Source: Raillietiella orientalis (Eukaryota). Taken from it: DNA of 64,000 nt. The stretch covers positions 1,178,001 through 1,242,000 of the forward strand of contig JAYWIR010000048.1 in assembly GCA_036172245.1 (NCBI GenBank), written 5' to 3'. The notes beneath the pieces are model-generated. The model was not told the DNA's origin. It was given only the letters and a program-made list of their open reading frames with translations, and made no database searches. Positions 42,101 through 54,350 of this stretch are shown here, one piece after another. How positions within the stretch are numbered: the stretch's first letter is position 1; every line of letters begins with the position of its first letter. Position numbers and translations under genes: made by a program.

Positions 42101-45100
42101 TTCTCCTCAACGATTTTTTCCCTTTGCGCATCACTCCAGAACTTCCGCCTTGGTTTTGGAACTTCCAGCCTGGAACCCCAGAGGTCATCGTCGCCCGCTT
42201 CCGTCCTATGAGACCGCGCTTCCCTGTGAGCCGAGCGAGCGCCATCATCTTCTTGGCTCGAAGGGGTTTTGGTGCCCGAATGTGCTGCTCGCTCCCGTGT
42301 CCCTCCGACCTACGCTGCGTTCGTTGACAGATGGCCACGGGCCTCTCAGGAGCCGCGCCTTCTTCTGACGCCGTGCTGCATGCGTTCCAAGCTTTTCCCG
42401 CACCCCATTCCCCACTCCCCGATTCGATCCGAAAATGGTGCTTGGGATGCTTCCAAGCGCTTTTCCTGAGTTGGGGTTTTCCCTTCTTTTTGCTGCAAGC
42501 ATTCTTCGGAAGTTCCTCTTGAAAACCATGTTTCCATTTCTGTTAGGGAATAAAGAAAAAAATCCCGCTCGAAACTTTCCAGAATATTCCCTGCCTTCGA
42601 ATTTCCAGCCCGTGCAGGAACGAAATCGCGTTCCTGGACGTGGGGCAAACGATCACAGAGGCACTCTTCATAGTTCTTCACGAAATTATGGCGTGGTCCC
42701 ATCATGCGATGGCGCTTTTTTCCATCCACCGGAAAAGGAGCTCTGCCTTTTGGTTCCCTCCATTCCTTTGGAAGTAAAGGTCCGTAATCGAATAAAGAGG
42801 AACGGTGCCCTCCCCCTCCCCCCCCCCGATGGCATCCCATTCCTACGCTTTTCGCGGGAGGAACGAGCAAGGAGAGCAGCGAGCAAGAAGTGGGCAAGCG
42901 GCCTTTTTGCACACCGAGGCATTCGAAAATTTCAAAGTTGCTGCTTTTGTTTTCCTTCTTCCAGGTGGATTTTCAAATGCAGGCACGGCTGCCCTTTGGA
43001 TTCGATTCCGTGGCTGTTTGCTTGGTCCAGTTTCCGTGATGCTGGATTCTTGGCATTTCTTTCGTCTTGACTTTCGCGCAGGCGGGGCTGCCGGTTCCAA
43101 AAGCTGCGCGGATGTGAATGTTTAACGAGTGTGTATTTTGGATTTGGATAGGATCCACTTTGGATTTTGCCGTGAGGAACGTTCCCCGGGCACCGCTGGA
43201 CCAGTTTTGCGGGGAAGTCCTTCCCGGCCGACGCTGCTGCTTCCTGGGATCGTTGGTTCGCTTCCTCCTCCCGGGCTTCGCCCCACGGCGACTGGGTTCG
43301 CCCCACTCGCGCCGCCACTTTTCGAGCATCCAGTTTCCTCCACCCCCCCACCCCCCCATGGCTTCCGCCGGATGCTGCGCTCGGATCGTCTCTTTCTGCA
43401 CGGCTACCGAGTTTGAAAACTGTCGAGAGGTTTCAGGAGCTCCCCGCGAGTCACGAGCAGAACGAACTGCGAATAGTTCGTCTCTTGTGAGAGTGTGGAT
43501 CGGAATAATCGCCTACAACCTACCGATTTTCTTTTTCTTTTTTCCCTTTTCCTGGGACCCGCATGGGACCAGTAGGGCTCGGTGATGCGCCGGCCCGGGG
43601 CGGGCAAGAGTGCAGCGTGGCGAAGACTTTCTGCTTTGAGCTCCACTCTGATTTTTCTTGGGCCGCAATGAGCAAAGATGCTGAAGACGGCCGTCTCCAC
43701 CGCCGGGGGGGTGGAGGGTGGGGGTGGTGGAAACACCTCGGGGGACTGCTCGCCTCCGTCGCCTCGCATTGCATGCCGTTCGCCAGTTTGACGGATACCA
43801 CGAGATGCACATCTCCTGAATTTCGGAGAACGGAGTTGTCATTTGCGCCTGTGGCTCTGTGGGCTTCGGAAAACGATCACGGGTTAGGTAATGGCAAGTT
43901 CTCGTGCACATCCCACATAAATCCGTTAATCTGTCTCGAGGGCTCGGAAAATTATCTTGCTAAACTCAGCTTCTGCATCATCCATGCGGCGCGCAAACAG
44001 TTCGCCTTGCCCAAACCATGAAGAGTATTCATGGGGGGAGGAAAACGAAAAAAAAAAAAAGTAGGAAAACACAGAAACCCTTTGAGACTCTGGTCACTTA
44101 TTTACCCCTGAATCATCTTCGCACCCTTTCACACTGCCCCCATTTTCAATGTTCTCCACGTCCGTATTTCGGCGCTCCATGTCTTTCCCACGAAGCCGGG
44201 AGCGTCCCGCGTGAATTCAACGTCAACCTCCATCCTTAATGCATCATCCATTCATCCGGCAGGCTCAGATTATGAATCAAGAGCAAATTGGCAGATACCG
44301 TTGGGCTTTGCTAACAAGGATCTGTTTTTCTTTTTTTCTTCCTGCTCTTTCTGTTTTCACATCGAAACCTTCATCCGCCATTTCAAGGTTGGCATCGAAG
44401 TTTATCTGATGGAAGCAGGCGAACAGCATCCAAAAATTTTCGTCTCCCAGTCGTGCACTTTTTTTTTTTTTTGGCAGAGTTCTTTTTCTTTCCCTCCCCC
44501 CCCCCCCTTTCAAAGCACGAAAAGTAGGTTTGCTCAACGGACTTGAAGTTCCCGGGTCCTTCCAAGAGCGCACACGTGATGATTCGAGTGTACAAAGTAC
44601 TGCTCCACGCAGCCTCCGTACGCACCACGTGCGTGGGGGGCTCCATGCCATTCTTCAGCATGGCATTGGCTCCAGGAATGCACGTCCTGGGAACGGCGCT
44701 TCTCATCCGTGAGCTGCTGCTTTCCAGGGAGCCGCCAGCAGCCGCAGAGCAATTCGGTCTCCTTGGTGTCTCCGTACCAAAGCAACCCTTGGAGGCTCCT
44801 TGGATCGGCTCATGGAAACGTTCGGCATTCTGCCGATTCCTTCAGGGAGAGACCGGGAAGGGAAAAAAACGAGGGCAACACCTTCTGCATTCCACAGGTT
44901 AATTACACTCCATGAATGCTCCATTCGAAACGATCCCTTTGAAGCATTTGGTGAAAGCGTCTTCGTCGACAGTTTGTGAGCCAACCTTCCGAGCGAGTTC
45001 TGTTGACCTTACGGGGTCACTTCTTGGACTGGCACCAACGAATGCACCTGTCGATCCACTTCAGACTTCTGGAGTGGAGGGATGCCGATTCATCTAGGGC

Positions 45101-48100
45101 TTCAGAACAGGCAAATCCGCAAGCAATGCGCGGGATGCTGCGAGCGGTGCCGACGAGCAATCTTGAAACTAGAAGAATAGTCTTAGCACTCGAGGAGCTT
45201 CCCTCTCCCTTGGGAGTTGACCACGTCTAACGGGCGTGGGATGACCGTTATTCTGAATGAACCGCCAATTGCCTCATGAAATATTTTTGAATGGGGAAAC
45301 AAGGTTCATTTCACAGAGGATGGTTTGTTCTGGATTCGATCACAAGAGTAATGGAAAGATACAACGAACAGTCATGTCCTGTTATAAAGAATGGATGCAA
45401 ATCCCGGAAGTCCTTACATGTGTGGCACGTGGAAAAAAACTTCTGCCACTCCTTTGAGAACTCTGAACTCTGGGCACCACTCTGTTCTTTCAGATGAGAT
45501 TTGGGGAATAAGAACCGCCTGCAGTTCGAGTTGCAGCTCTGGATCACCGGAGTAACGGATGTTGGTCCCGACTGAAATGCCGCGGGGGTTTCGAAAAAGA
45601 GCATTTCCATAAACCCAGGGGATCCAAACCGTTCTGACTTGTGCTCCTCTATCGAGTCGGATGGATGGACCACGCGAAACCTTTCAGCTACTCGCTATCA
45701 ATGATAGCCATCCGTTCTTCGAGTAAGGGTTTCAGCGACCTCATGGAAATGCGCGAATGTCAAAGAGGTGCATTTGCGTTCCGCAATGGGATCTTTTGCG
45801 CGCACATTCCTTTTTCCAATGATCTTCAGCAGAACCGTGGTCAGAGGACAGGTCAGGAAGCAAATCTCTTGCCATGGGCGCGCCGGGGGTCGTGTGGAAC
45901 CGGACGCTTGGCTCGAAGGGGTTTCAGCGGCATCGCGGGAGGAAAGGGCCGCTTTTGCGAGGTGCTCCGGCGGGGACGTGATGTCCTCTGGCCTTCTTGT
46001 GCATCCTTTGGAAAGCAAGGAACTGACCATCTAAAGGACAGTCCTGCCTTTTGCGAAGAGTGTTCCGGTCGCCTATTGGCCAGCTCAGGAAGAATTCATT
46101 TCTGATGGTCTTGCCGAGATATGGATGCACCTGCATGAATATGGGAAATTCTTGCAAAGAGCTGCTTACATATATTGTGTGTATATTTTTTTTTTCTTCT
46201 TTTGGGGGGGGGGGGGGGACGCATCACATGAGTGAAAATCTGCAAAGCATTTTATTCTTTTTTTAATGTCAATACCAGGAGAGATTGTCTGTCGAACGAG
46301 CGCGAGCAACGCGTTCCGCTTTCCATAATTCTGGATGTAAAGTGTCGGCGTGGTTACCTCCACTTGCAAAATGCAGAACGGATGCTGTTCTCCAGGATCT
46401 TCAGATGGGGATCAGCAAGTGCGCAAACAAAAAGCTGCTTTTCTTTGTCTGTCAGAGTTCACAGGAGAATGCAACGCAACGGAAAAAGCTAATGGATGAA
46501 TTAGGAAACCAGTCATCCCGCATCAGGTGGTAATTATCAGGGGCCACATCTTTCGAGATGCTTTTCAGAACGCTTTTCTTTCTTTTCTTTTCTTTTTTTT
46601 CCAAACAGAGGTGGAGCAAGCGAGAATTTCCGGAGTGGATGCTGAATTTGGTAGAGCATCCGCCAAAGGTGCTTCTTCTTCTCCACGGGGCCTTTCTTCC
46701 TCTTTTCCTTCTTCTTGAGCTGGAGAATGGGCAGTTTCGAAGCACCTTTGTGTGCATCAGCACGGCGAGCTTGGACCAAAGTGTTCCGAAAGAAAAGGGG
46801 GGGGGGGAAATAAAAATAAAAGTCCCCCCATCGTGCTAATCCCGGTGGCGCTCTCTCTTTTCTTTTTTCTTCTTTCGTGTTTCAGTTTACAAAACAATGA
46901 AATGGGAAACGCGGCACAAAGGTCAACTTCCGGACAGGTGGGGTTCCTTAGAATTTCGGAACTGCTTTGCAATTAAAAAAAGAAGAGGAAGAGCTTGGCC
47001 CACCGCGTCTTTCTCAAGGCATTTGGATGGGTGCATCCGTCGCGGGTGGGTCACCTCCATGGCGGCGGACGTGGTGACCATGACATCCCCCGTGGGTGCG
47101 GTTCTTGTGCTCCTCGGTCCTGGCACGATGACTCAGACATCGCGGTTCCGCTCGTGCGGGATGGATCCCGGAGAAAGTTCCGGCATTTCATTCCTGCATC
47201 TTCCGCGGAGACGGAAGATGCGTTGCTTGCGCGCGGCGATGCTTTGTGCTCGAAGCCTCCGCCCAGCGCTGGTCAACACCGCTGCTGGACGGAGTGGAAA
47301 GGGGGGAAGGGAAAAAAAAAAACCACTGCAGGATCGTCCACGTCCCGATCTTCGTATTACCAGCTCGTGAAGAAAACGCAGAAGCGCAGCATTCTCCAGA
47401 AGTTCTCAAATGACAGGAGTCGTTGCTGCTGCGTTGGTGGGGGGCGGGGGCGCAGGCGCGGTCGTCTTGCTGTGGTGGCGTCTTACGCTCACTTGGCTGG
47501 AATCACGGTTCTTGGAATCCGAATTTCTGGAGTCCGGGATTTTTTTTTTAGTAGGTTTTGCTCGTGGCCTGCAGGGAATCAATCCCGAATCGAAATCCCG
47601 ACCTGAAAGTGGCCCCACGTTGATCACGAATCCGCAAACCACTGTGGCTTCGGGGAGCGCGGCGCGGTCGCACCACCGAAAGGTGGCTCCACTGTCTGCG
47701 TCCTTGTGAATCCCCGTGAGCCACAGGGACCCTTTCCCAATGAAAAGCTGAGGATCCGGGTTCCCTCACCCCCCGATATTCCAGTGGAACTTCCGCCTGG
47801 TTTATGAGGGAAGTTGCAGTGGTAGGAGGAAGAATCGGTTGCAGCATTGACTGAAAATACCGTGATTTTCCGGTCCTTGGGAAAAAAATCTTTTTTTTTT
47901 TTTGAACGTTCGGGGTCGAAGGCACGCAGAACGTCTTCGATAAAGAAGGAATTCAGCAAACGCAAACGCATTTTACACGATGAGTTCCGTTACGCAGTTG
48001 CTAACAGACTTTGCTCGTTCTCACTTTAACTGCACCACCGATGCTTCGTGTACGTCAGATCTCTTTAAAAGAACGAAGGAAACTCGAGACGCTTTCATCT

Positions 48101-48902
48101 CAACGGGGTCCATGAAAAATTAAAGGAAAGATTATGAAGATCGGAAGCGGTAGCTGGAAATCGGATGTTCTTCGGGATTATTGAAGAGTTCCCGGAATGG
48201 TAAGGGGAGACGAAGAGTAAAGTGACGTCGGCATTTCAAGGGAAATGCCTTCCCGAGGAGACGAAGGAGGACGCTGAAATGCTTCCAATACGTCTTGCTT
48301 TCATCTGAGAACTCCGGTGGGAAAACGCCAGAACCACATCGGCCTGTGTTTGGCTCCAGAATCTTACGCTGCAACCACCTGTTGTATCATCTGTTTTGCG
48401 CCTTTTTGAAATTCTTCGCCTTCGCCCTCTTTTTTGTTTGCCTACGTCTTTTGGATGTGCGGTTCCCACCGTGATGGCTGCCGTTTTACCAACCTAATGC
48501 TCGCTTTGGTGATCTCGAGATCTGTGCATCCGAACCAACTTTCCCCGAGGTTTCACCTTTAAGTGGGATTCGAATTCGTGATGATGATGCTGATCATTCT
48601 ACCAAGCAAGGTCATCATGATTACAGTGACCCTACTCTGTATGCCATGAGTTTGATCCGCTAAGTGTGACCAGAATTCGCAAGATTTATCTATATGCGCG
48701 CGTTCGTATGGAATGATGATGGGGATTGGGCGTTTTTTATTGTAAAAAAAAAAAAAAGGAAAGGCCATTTAGGACGAAGGAACATATGGAATCATCTGAA
48801 CCATCGAAGATTATTTTCCACATGCTTTGACAAACTCGAAAATTGCTTCTGAAATCGATCTAAAAAGTGGTGAGCTCGTGTAGTGGCTGACATGCGACCT
48901 CA

Positions 48903-49134
48903 CGAGCTTTGCGTGTCAAAGGACCGATGTCGCGTGCGCGTGTGTGGTGGTGGTGGTGGTGGCGGCGGCTGCCGGCGAGCCCTTCCCTGAAACGCTGCAG
49001 TTTGGAGCCGCAACTCAGCAGCCCCTCTTTTGAACTCTGCCACACCTCGGTCGTGCCGCGTGCCGCCTTCTGGAGAACCCCCCTCGAAGGCGCGCGCGCG
49101 GTTCCTTCCTCTGCAAAGCCAACACCCACCTCGA
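48903..49134 (+). repeat. ~230-bp dispersed direct duplication, copy 1
   Basis: CGAGCTTTGCGTGTCAAAGGACCGA...CCAACACCCACCTCGA matches 62925-63171 apart from a 24-nt indel, a 9-nt indel and a few substitutions. Confidence 0.93.
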
Positions 49135-49967
49135 TTTATTATGGTGAGATAAGTTTCGCCGAGAACCTCTGCTTCCTATCTGGTAGTTGAGATGAATGGC
49201 ACAAAGTCAAGAAGAATTTTCTCGTTTTGTTTCCTTGTGGAGATGCCCTCTCATTTGCGTTGCTTCGTGAGAGCGACTCCGTGAGTCTGATGCAGAAGAA
49301 CAATTACTCTTTCCCGATTCCGACTGAAGCGAGGAATTCCTGGAGTCCTTGAAAGAATTCATTTTGCATCGTCAGGTCCGGGGAGCGAGCATCCCGAAAC
49401 TAGCTCTCCACGTTGGAGGATGAACTCTGAACTGCTATTTCAAAAGTATCCCTTCTGGCATTAATTGACAGTGGCATGTTAGCATCGAACACACCAGCAG
49501 TGTTCAGAGGTGTGCTGCATGCGAGCACAACTCCTATTCCAGCACGCCCGCTTCTCCATTTTCAGAGCCAGCAAAAGAATGACCACTTTGTGGTGGTCAG
49601 GAGTCCCGCTTTTCTTCTTCGTCGACTCGACCACGGCATTTCCAAGATGGGTCCGGAAGCGGCGTCGCGCCTGTCCGTGCAGCGCAGTATAGCCCATAAT
49701 CTATTACACCCGTCGGTCAAAGACGACGCTATAATAGATTGTATTATTTATTACAGACGTCATAACAGAATGGCATTGCCTTCGTAGGAAAAAATAACCG
49801 CATTACTCCGTAAGGAGTTCAATCAGAAAAATTTCCTCCGTTGTAATTCTCATCCGTTCCTGGATCACGTTTGTCTTATCCCTGATGCCTATTTGCTTCC
49901 GTCGTTGGCGCCGTCGCTCGTCAGCACAAAATGTGGCAAATCTAAATCTCGATCCGGTCCAAACCCT

Positions 49968-50060
49968 CCGAAACGACCACCACCACGCCATGCCTGTAAG
50001 TTGCTAAGCTCCCTGCGTGCTCCGATGACGTCTGCGTCCCTCTGCAGCACCGTACGAATG
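49968..50060 (+). repeat. 93-bp direct duplication, copy 1
   Basis: CCGAAACGACCACC...CCATGCCTGTAAGTTGCTAAGCT...CGAATG, also present at 50813-50905 (~90% identical, no indels). Confidence 0.9.
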
Positions 50061-50712
50061 GAAGTGTGCGCCTGCATGCGTACGTTGTCCATGGCAACTG
50101 CTGACGCAGGTCACTGTCCCGAAGGCACGGCAGAAGAATTCCCACCTCTTCGTCGCAAGGAAGAATTTCCTGCGGAAACGAAGTGCCACTCGTCACTTGG
50201 AAAAGACACGAGGTCAGTGTGAACTCATGGCCGTCTTCAAAGGTTCACAGGAGATCCTTCAAAAGTTCTTGGTGGACACCAGCAAAAGTCATGTCAGGAG
50301 AAGCTGCCACTTTTCACAGGTCACGCGCAGTTTTTTTTTTTTTTTCTGCAATCCGTGGTTGTTTTCCACGCACAGGTTTTGCAGAATTTCTGTTTGCTTC
50401 AGACGTATGCGATCGACGGTGTTTTTTTTTTTTCCATCCATTTTTCTCGATAGTTTCGAGAATGCTCTCATGAGAAGATCTTCAAACGATCTGCCTCCTC
50501 GCAAGGAAAGGTTTTTTTTCCCCCGAATTTCCTCTACCAGCTACGCAGTTGTCTTCGGAACGGATAGGGTCGAAGTTCGAAAACAGGATCGTTGGTTTCC
50601 ATGGTTAGGGCCATCAAGTAGGTGAGATGGCAAAGTGAACGATCAGTTCGCGGCATCACTTGTTGTATGCTTAATTAGCTGTTTCGTTTTGCTTTCCAAG
50701 ATATCAGTGAAA

Positions 50713-50780
50713 TCAGGAGAATCAATTCTGCCAAACATCCACCTACGGGGGATGGTTTTCGTAGGTGCACCTTTCGGCCT
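50713..50780 (+). repeat. 68-bp direct repeat with internal hairpin, left copy
   Basis: Identical to 51262-51329 except for one base. Contains CACCTACG-GGGG-ATGG-TTTT-CGTAGGTG. Confidence 0.92.
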
Positions 50781-50812
50781 TGGGTCCTAGGTGCTCCGAA
50801 CCCTAAGAAACC

Positions 50813-50905
50813 CCGAAACGACCACCGCCATTCCATGCCTGTAAGTTGCTAAGCTGCCTGCGTGCTCCGATGACGTCTCCGTCCCTCTGCGCCACCGCAC
50901 GAATG
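50813..50905 (+). repeat. 93-bp direct duplication, copy 2
   Basis: Matches 49968-50060. Confidence 0.9.
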
Positions 50906-50959
50906 ATGAAAATCCTTTCTTTTTTGTCTTGGCGGTTCCACGCCACCCGAGGGCGGGTG

Positions 50960-51231
50960 ATTCTTCAAGATAGGGGGTATCCCCGGAGGGGTCCGCCCCG
51001 TGAATCCAGGAACGGCTCGGAGTCCGTTCCTCTCACTCCTGGGGACGGATCCTTGGAAAGGGACGATGACCACACCTCCACGCTGGTTGTCTCCGAAGGG
51101 GGACGCCTCGAAGGGAGTCTCCTTCCCCGTTCTCTCCGGAGGACCCCCGGGGGGGTCCGCTCCATTTTTTCTTCTCCGGAGGGATCCCCCGCAAGGGATC
51201 CTCTCCTCCTGGAACTCCTCTGAAGAGAACC
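50960..51231 (-). mobile_element. Putative SINE, copy 3 (5'-truncated)
   Basis: ATTCTTCAAGATAGGGG...GTGAATCCAGGAACGGCTCGGAGTCCGTT...CTCTGAAGAGAACC aligns with 35417-35663 and with the reverse complement of 15417-15614. It lacks the tRNA-like head. Confidence 0.7.
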
Positions 51232-51261
51232 TGCACGGAACCCGTGTGTGCCTGTATGGAG

Positions 51262-51329
51262 TCAGGCGAATCAATTCTGCCAAACATCCACCTACGGGGG
51301 ATGGTTTTCGTAGGTGCACCTTTCGGCCT
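51262..51329 (+). repeat. 68-bp direct repeat with internal hairpin, right copy
   Basis: Matches 50713-50780. Confidence 0.92.
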
Positions 51330-51872
51330 GAGGTACTGCAGCAGGTTTGGCTGCCTGCACGAATATAAGAGTAATTAAAGAGTAATCTGCTTCCAGATCA
51401 GTTCTGATCAGATGCGTTTCACACGAGGTCACATCATCCGCATGGTTCGCAGTCCACCTGCAGCTTCGACGTGTGCATGCGATGTTCATACGTTATCGCC
51501 TGTCTGTATCATTGCCTACTCTTGATTTTTACCTTGGTTATTAATATATATATATATATTATGAAACTCTGTTTTGATGTAAAAGAACAAGAAAAAAAAA
51601 AAAATTCCGCTCACAGCTGCGGGGTCGCGTCAGCATTTCGTTTTCACACGTTCCGATTTGTGCGGCCTTCTTGTAGCGAGGAGGCCCACGAGCACCGAAC
51701 GGGAGAAAATGATTCGGGAAAGCATGTCCTTTGGTGGTGGTGGTGGTTTGCTGCGAGCATCTCGAGTGTGGCAAGTGATCAACCTAGGGAAAAGGGCCGA
51801 GCTGGATACTCGCACGAAGAAGCTTCTGACAGCGTCAAGACACCGAAAGGTGCGCATGCTCACCAATGTGGA

Positions 51873-52069
51873 CGGACGTGGTCCTCGGATCGCGAAGGAA
51901 ACCAACTCTTCGGGGGGGTTTGCCGTTGCGAACGACCTTCGAAATTCGGCAGCGTCCACGACCGGAACTCCGGACGTTCGCGTGGACACCTTGGTCAGCC
52001 CCGGATTTCCGAATCACTCCGGCGGTTTCGGAAATCGGTGTTCGGTCAGCCGTCGCAGCCGACGTCCCC
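51873..52069 (+). repeat. ~200-bp inverted repeat, left arm
   Basis: Reverse complement of 52942-53174, with long perfect blocks such as CCGTTGCGAACGACCTTCGAAATTCGGCAGCGTCCACGACCGGAACTCCGGACGTTCGCGTGGACACCTTGGTCAGCCCCGG. Confidence 0.93.
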
Positions 52070-52941
52070 ACCCATCCCGCCAGAAATTCCTGCTCTTCCG
52101 GTTCCGGAGTAAAGTGTGGACCGACCGAGCATTCGCTTCGAATGGGCGCAGCTTGCAAATGAGTGGACACCACTACTGGTCATCCGGACAAGGACGGTTC
52201 GGGCTGCTTCGTACGAGTCGATTTACGAGCTTGTTGTTGCCCTCCCCTCCCCCCCCCCCACACACACACACACATCACACTCCCTTATTGCATGGATTCG
52301 CGATTTTTTTCTTTCCGCCAGGGCAGAAGGAACTTCGAGGGTCGGAATCCTATTGGCCGCCATCCGTTCTCCGTCTTTCGCAAAGAATCCGTTTCCATGG
52401 AATCAGAGTTCGGATTTTCGTTCTCCACGGTCTGCGGCCGGGAATTCCTGCAGCACGGTTCGCGAGCCCTCCTCCTTCTCATCATTTGGTGTTTTCGTGC
52501 ACGCACACGCGCCGAGTGTTCCTACGGGGAGGGAGGGGGGCGCCAGAGACACTCCAGCTTCCACGAAGAACGTTCCCACTTATTCGAAGGCGCGTGCAGG
52601 CCTTTTTTCTGGCAGTTGTCTTCGGCCCATGCACGACTGTACCATCGGTGGGAATCCAACGGCAAGAAATTCATCACAACGGAAAGTTTGTAATGTGCAA
52701 AGGAAGAAAAAAAAAGAAAAAAAAAACCAGAGAGAGGTTCGCTGGAGTGTGTTTTCAACTTGGAATGCAGCGGGGGAGGAGGAGGAGTCGGGTTGCTGCT
52801 GATGCAGTGCGCGGCTGCTGCGTACCTGCGCTCCGGGAACGGGGTGGAAAAAAGCGCGCACACCAACACACGGGGATGGGTCCTTGGGCCCCCCGAAACT
52901 CCTCCCGAAGAGAACTTCTCTGGCGGCAGGAGGGACGGGCG

Positions 52942-53174
52942 GGGGACGTCGGCTGCGACGGCTGACCGAACACCGATTTCCGAAACCGCCGGAGCGATCG
53001 GGAAGTGTTCGGACAAACCCGGGGCTGACCAAGGTGTCCACGCGAACGTCCGGAGTTCCGGTCGTGGACGCTGCCGAATTTCGAAGGTCGTTCGCAACGG
53101 TAACCCCCCTCCTCCTCCCCCCCCCCCCACATCCCGAAGAGTTGGCTTCCTTCGAGACGCGAGGACCACGTCCG
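52942..53174 (-). repeat. ~230-bp inverted repeat, right arm
   Basis: Reverse complement of 51873-52069 with two small insertions. Confidence 0.93.
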
Positions 53175-54108
53175 CTCGCACTCTTCTTTTGCCACCCTCG
53201 CCGCTTGCCAAGGGGGGGGGGGGGGGAGGGGGAGACGAACGAACCGGGCAAAGCATCTGCCAAGATTTCGGGGGTCTTTTTCCCGCGCTGTTCTTACAAA
53301 TTATCTCGCCGCCTAAATTTGGAAACCGTCTCCGCGCGATGGTCATGAATTCCTCTGGCACTCCCCGCAAAACGAGTACCGCACCAGTCATCGTTGCGAA
53401 ATCATGACACCCAGCATGCAAAGCCCAACTCATCAAATGACTCCATTCTTTTTGCCTCGGGCATAATGTAGATCCTTCGTCCGGAAATGTAGCGTAAGTT
53501 CTTCTTGCTGTCGGACGCAACGTAACGAATGGAAAACCTTTGGGGAGGGGAGGGGAGGGGAGGGGATATTTGTGTTCTGGCTGGTGTAATGTAATGAGGT
53601 CTTTGTTCGATCAAAGGATGCAGGCGCGCGCTCGTTTTTTCCTTTTTTTCCTCGATGGTTGCCTCAAGTTGCAGTTTTTCCGCCTGGTATATCACCCCTG
53701 TTATGGCAGCCATAAAAAAAAAAAAAAGAAAAAAAAAAAAAGGAAAAAAAAAAAAAAAACCCAATCATCGAAGTGCATTGTTGCTTCGTTGCAGATGCTG
53801 GGTCGTTGGGACCGCCTCACCCTATCTGCAAGACGAGATGAACAAGGATGCAAAAACTGAGGGAAAACGTATGGGAGGCTGTTGGAACGTTCTGTGTGCT
53901 TCGATGGCATTCCTTGTTTTGTCGTCACGTCTTAAAACGTGCCAACTTTTATGAAATTACCATAAACACTTTCGATGCTGGTGAGGGAAGAGAGAGAGGG
54001 AGAGAGGGAGAGAGAAAAGATAATTTTCTCCTTCTATTTTCTCACCGTAATTAACAGAAGTGGGTACGAATGGCAACGATGTACACTTTGAAAACGGCCT
54101 ACTTTTTT

Positions 54109-54118
54109 GTGACGTCAC
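54109..54118. promoter_or_regulatory. Palindromic CRE/ATF site in the IRF2BP upstream region
   Basis: GTGACGTCAC ~235 nt upstream of the ATG, with a DRE-like TATCGATC at 54144-54151. Confidence 0.45.
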
Positions 54119-54350
54119 GGTGGTAGAATTTCGTGTAATGAGATATCGATCGCAGCATGCGTTGCTATTCGTTTCGTGCGCTTACTGCAAATGCTTAGCT
54201 TTGGAATACTGTAGGTGAATCGTGTGTAGTGTGCATCGAGCCTGGAAACGTGTTCTGAAATCATTCCCGGACTCTCTCTCGGTTATTTCGTGAAGTGTTG
54301 TTGGCTGTTCGACATGTTGCGATCCGTTTCGTCGCATTAACATCCGCACG

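Noticed and set aside
50713..51329. CRISPR-like array (hairpin-containing direct repeats)
   Set aside because: Only two repeats, 68 bp long with a 481-bp spacer, no cas genes, and a eukaryotic context.
51658..53520. Long ORFs 51658-52965 (+) and 52522-53520 (-) as a transposase or gene pair
   Set aside because: Their shared peptides simply reflect the inverted repeat. They have no catalytic motifs and cross homopolymer and microsatellite runs.
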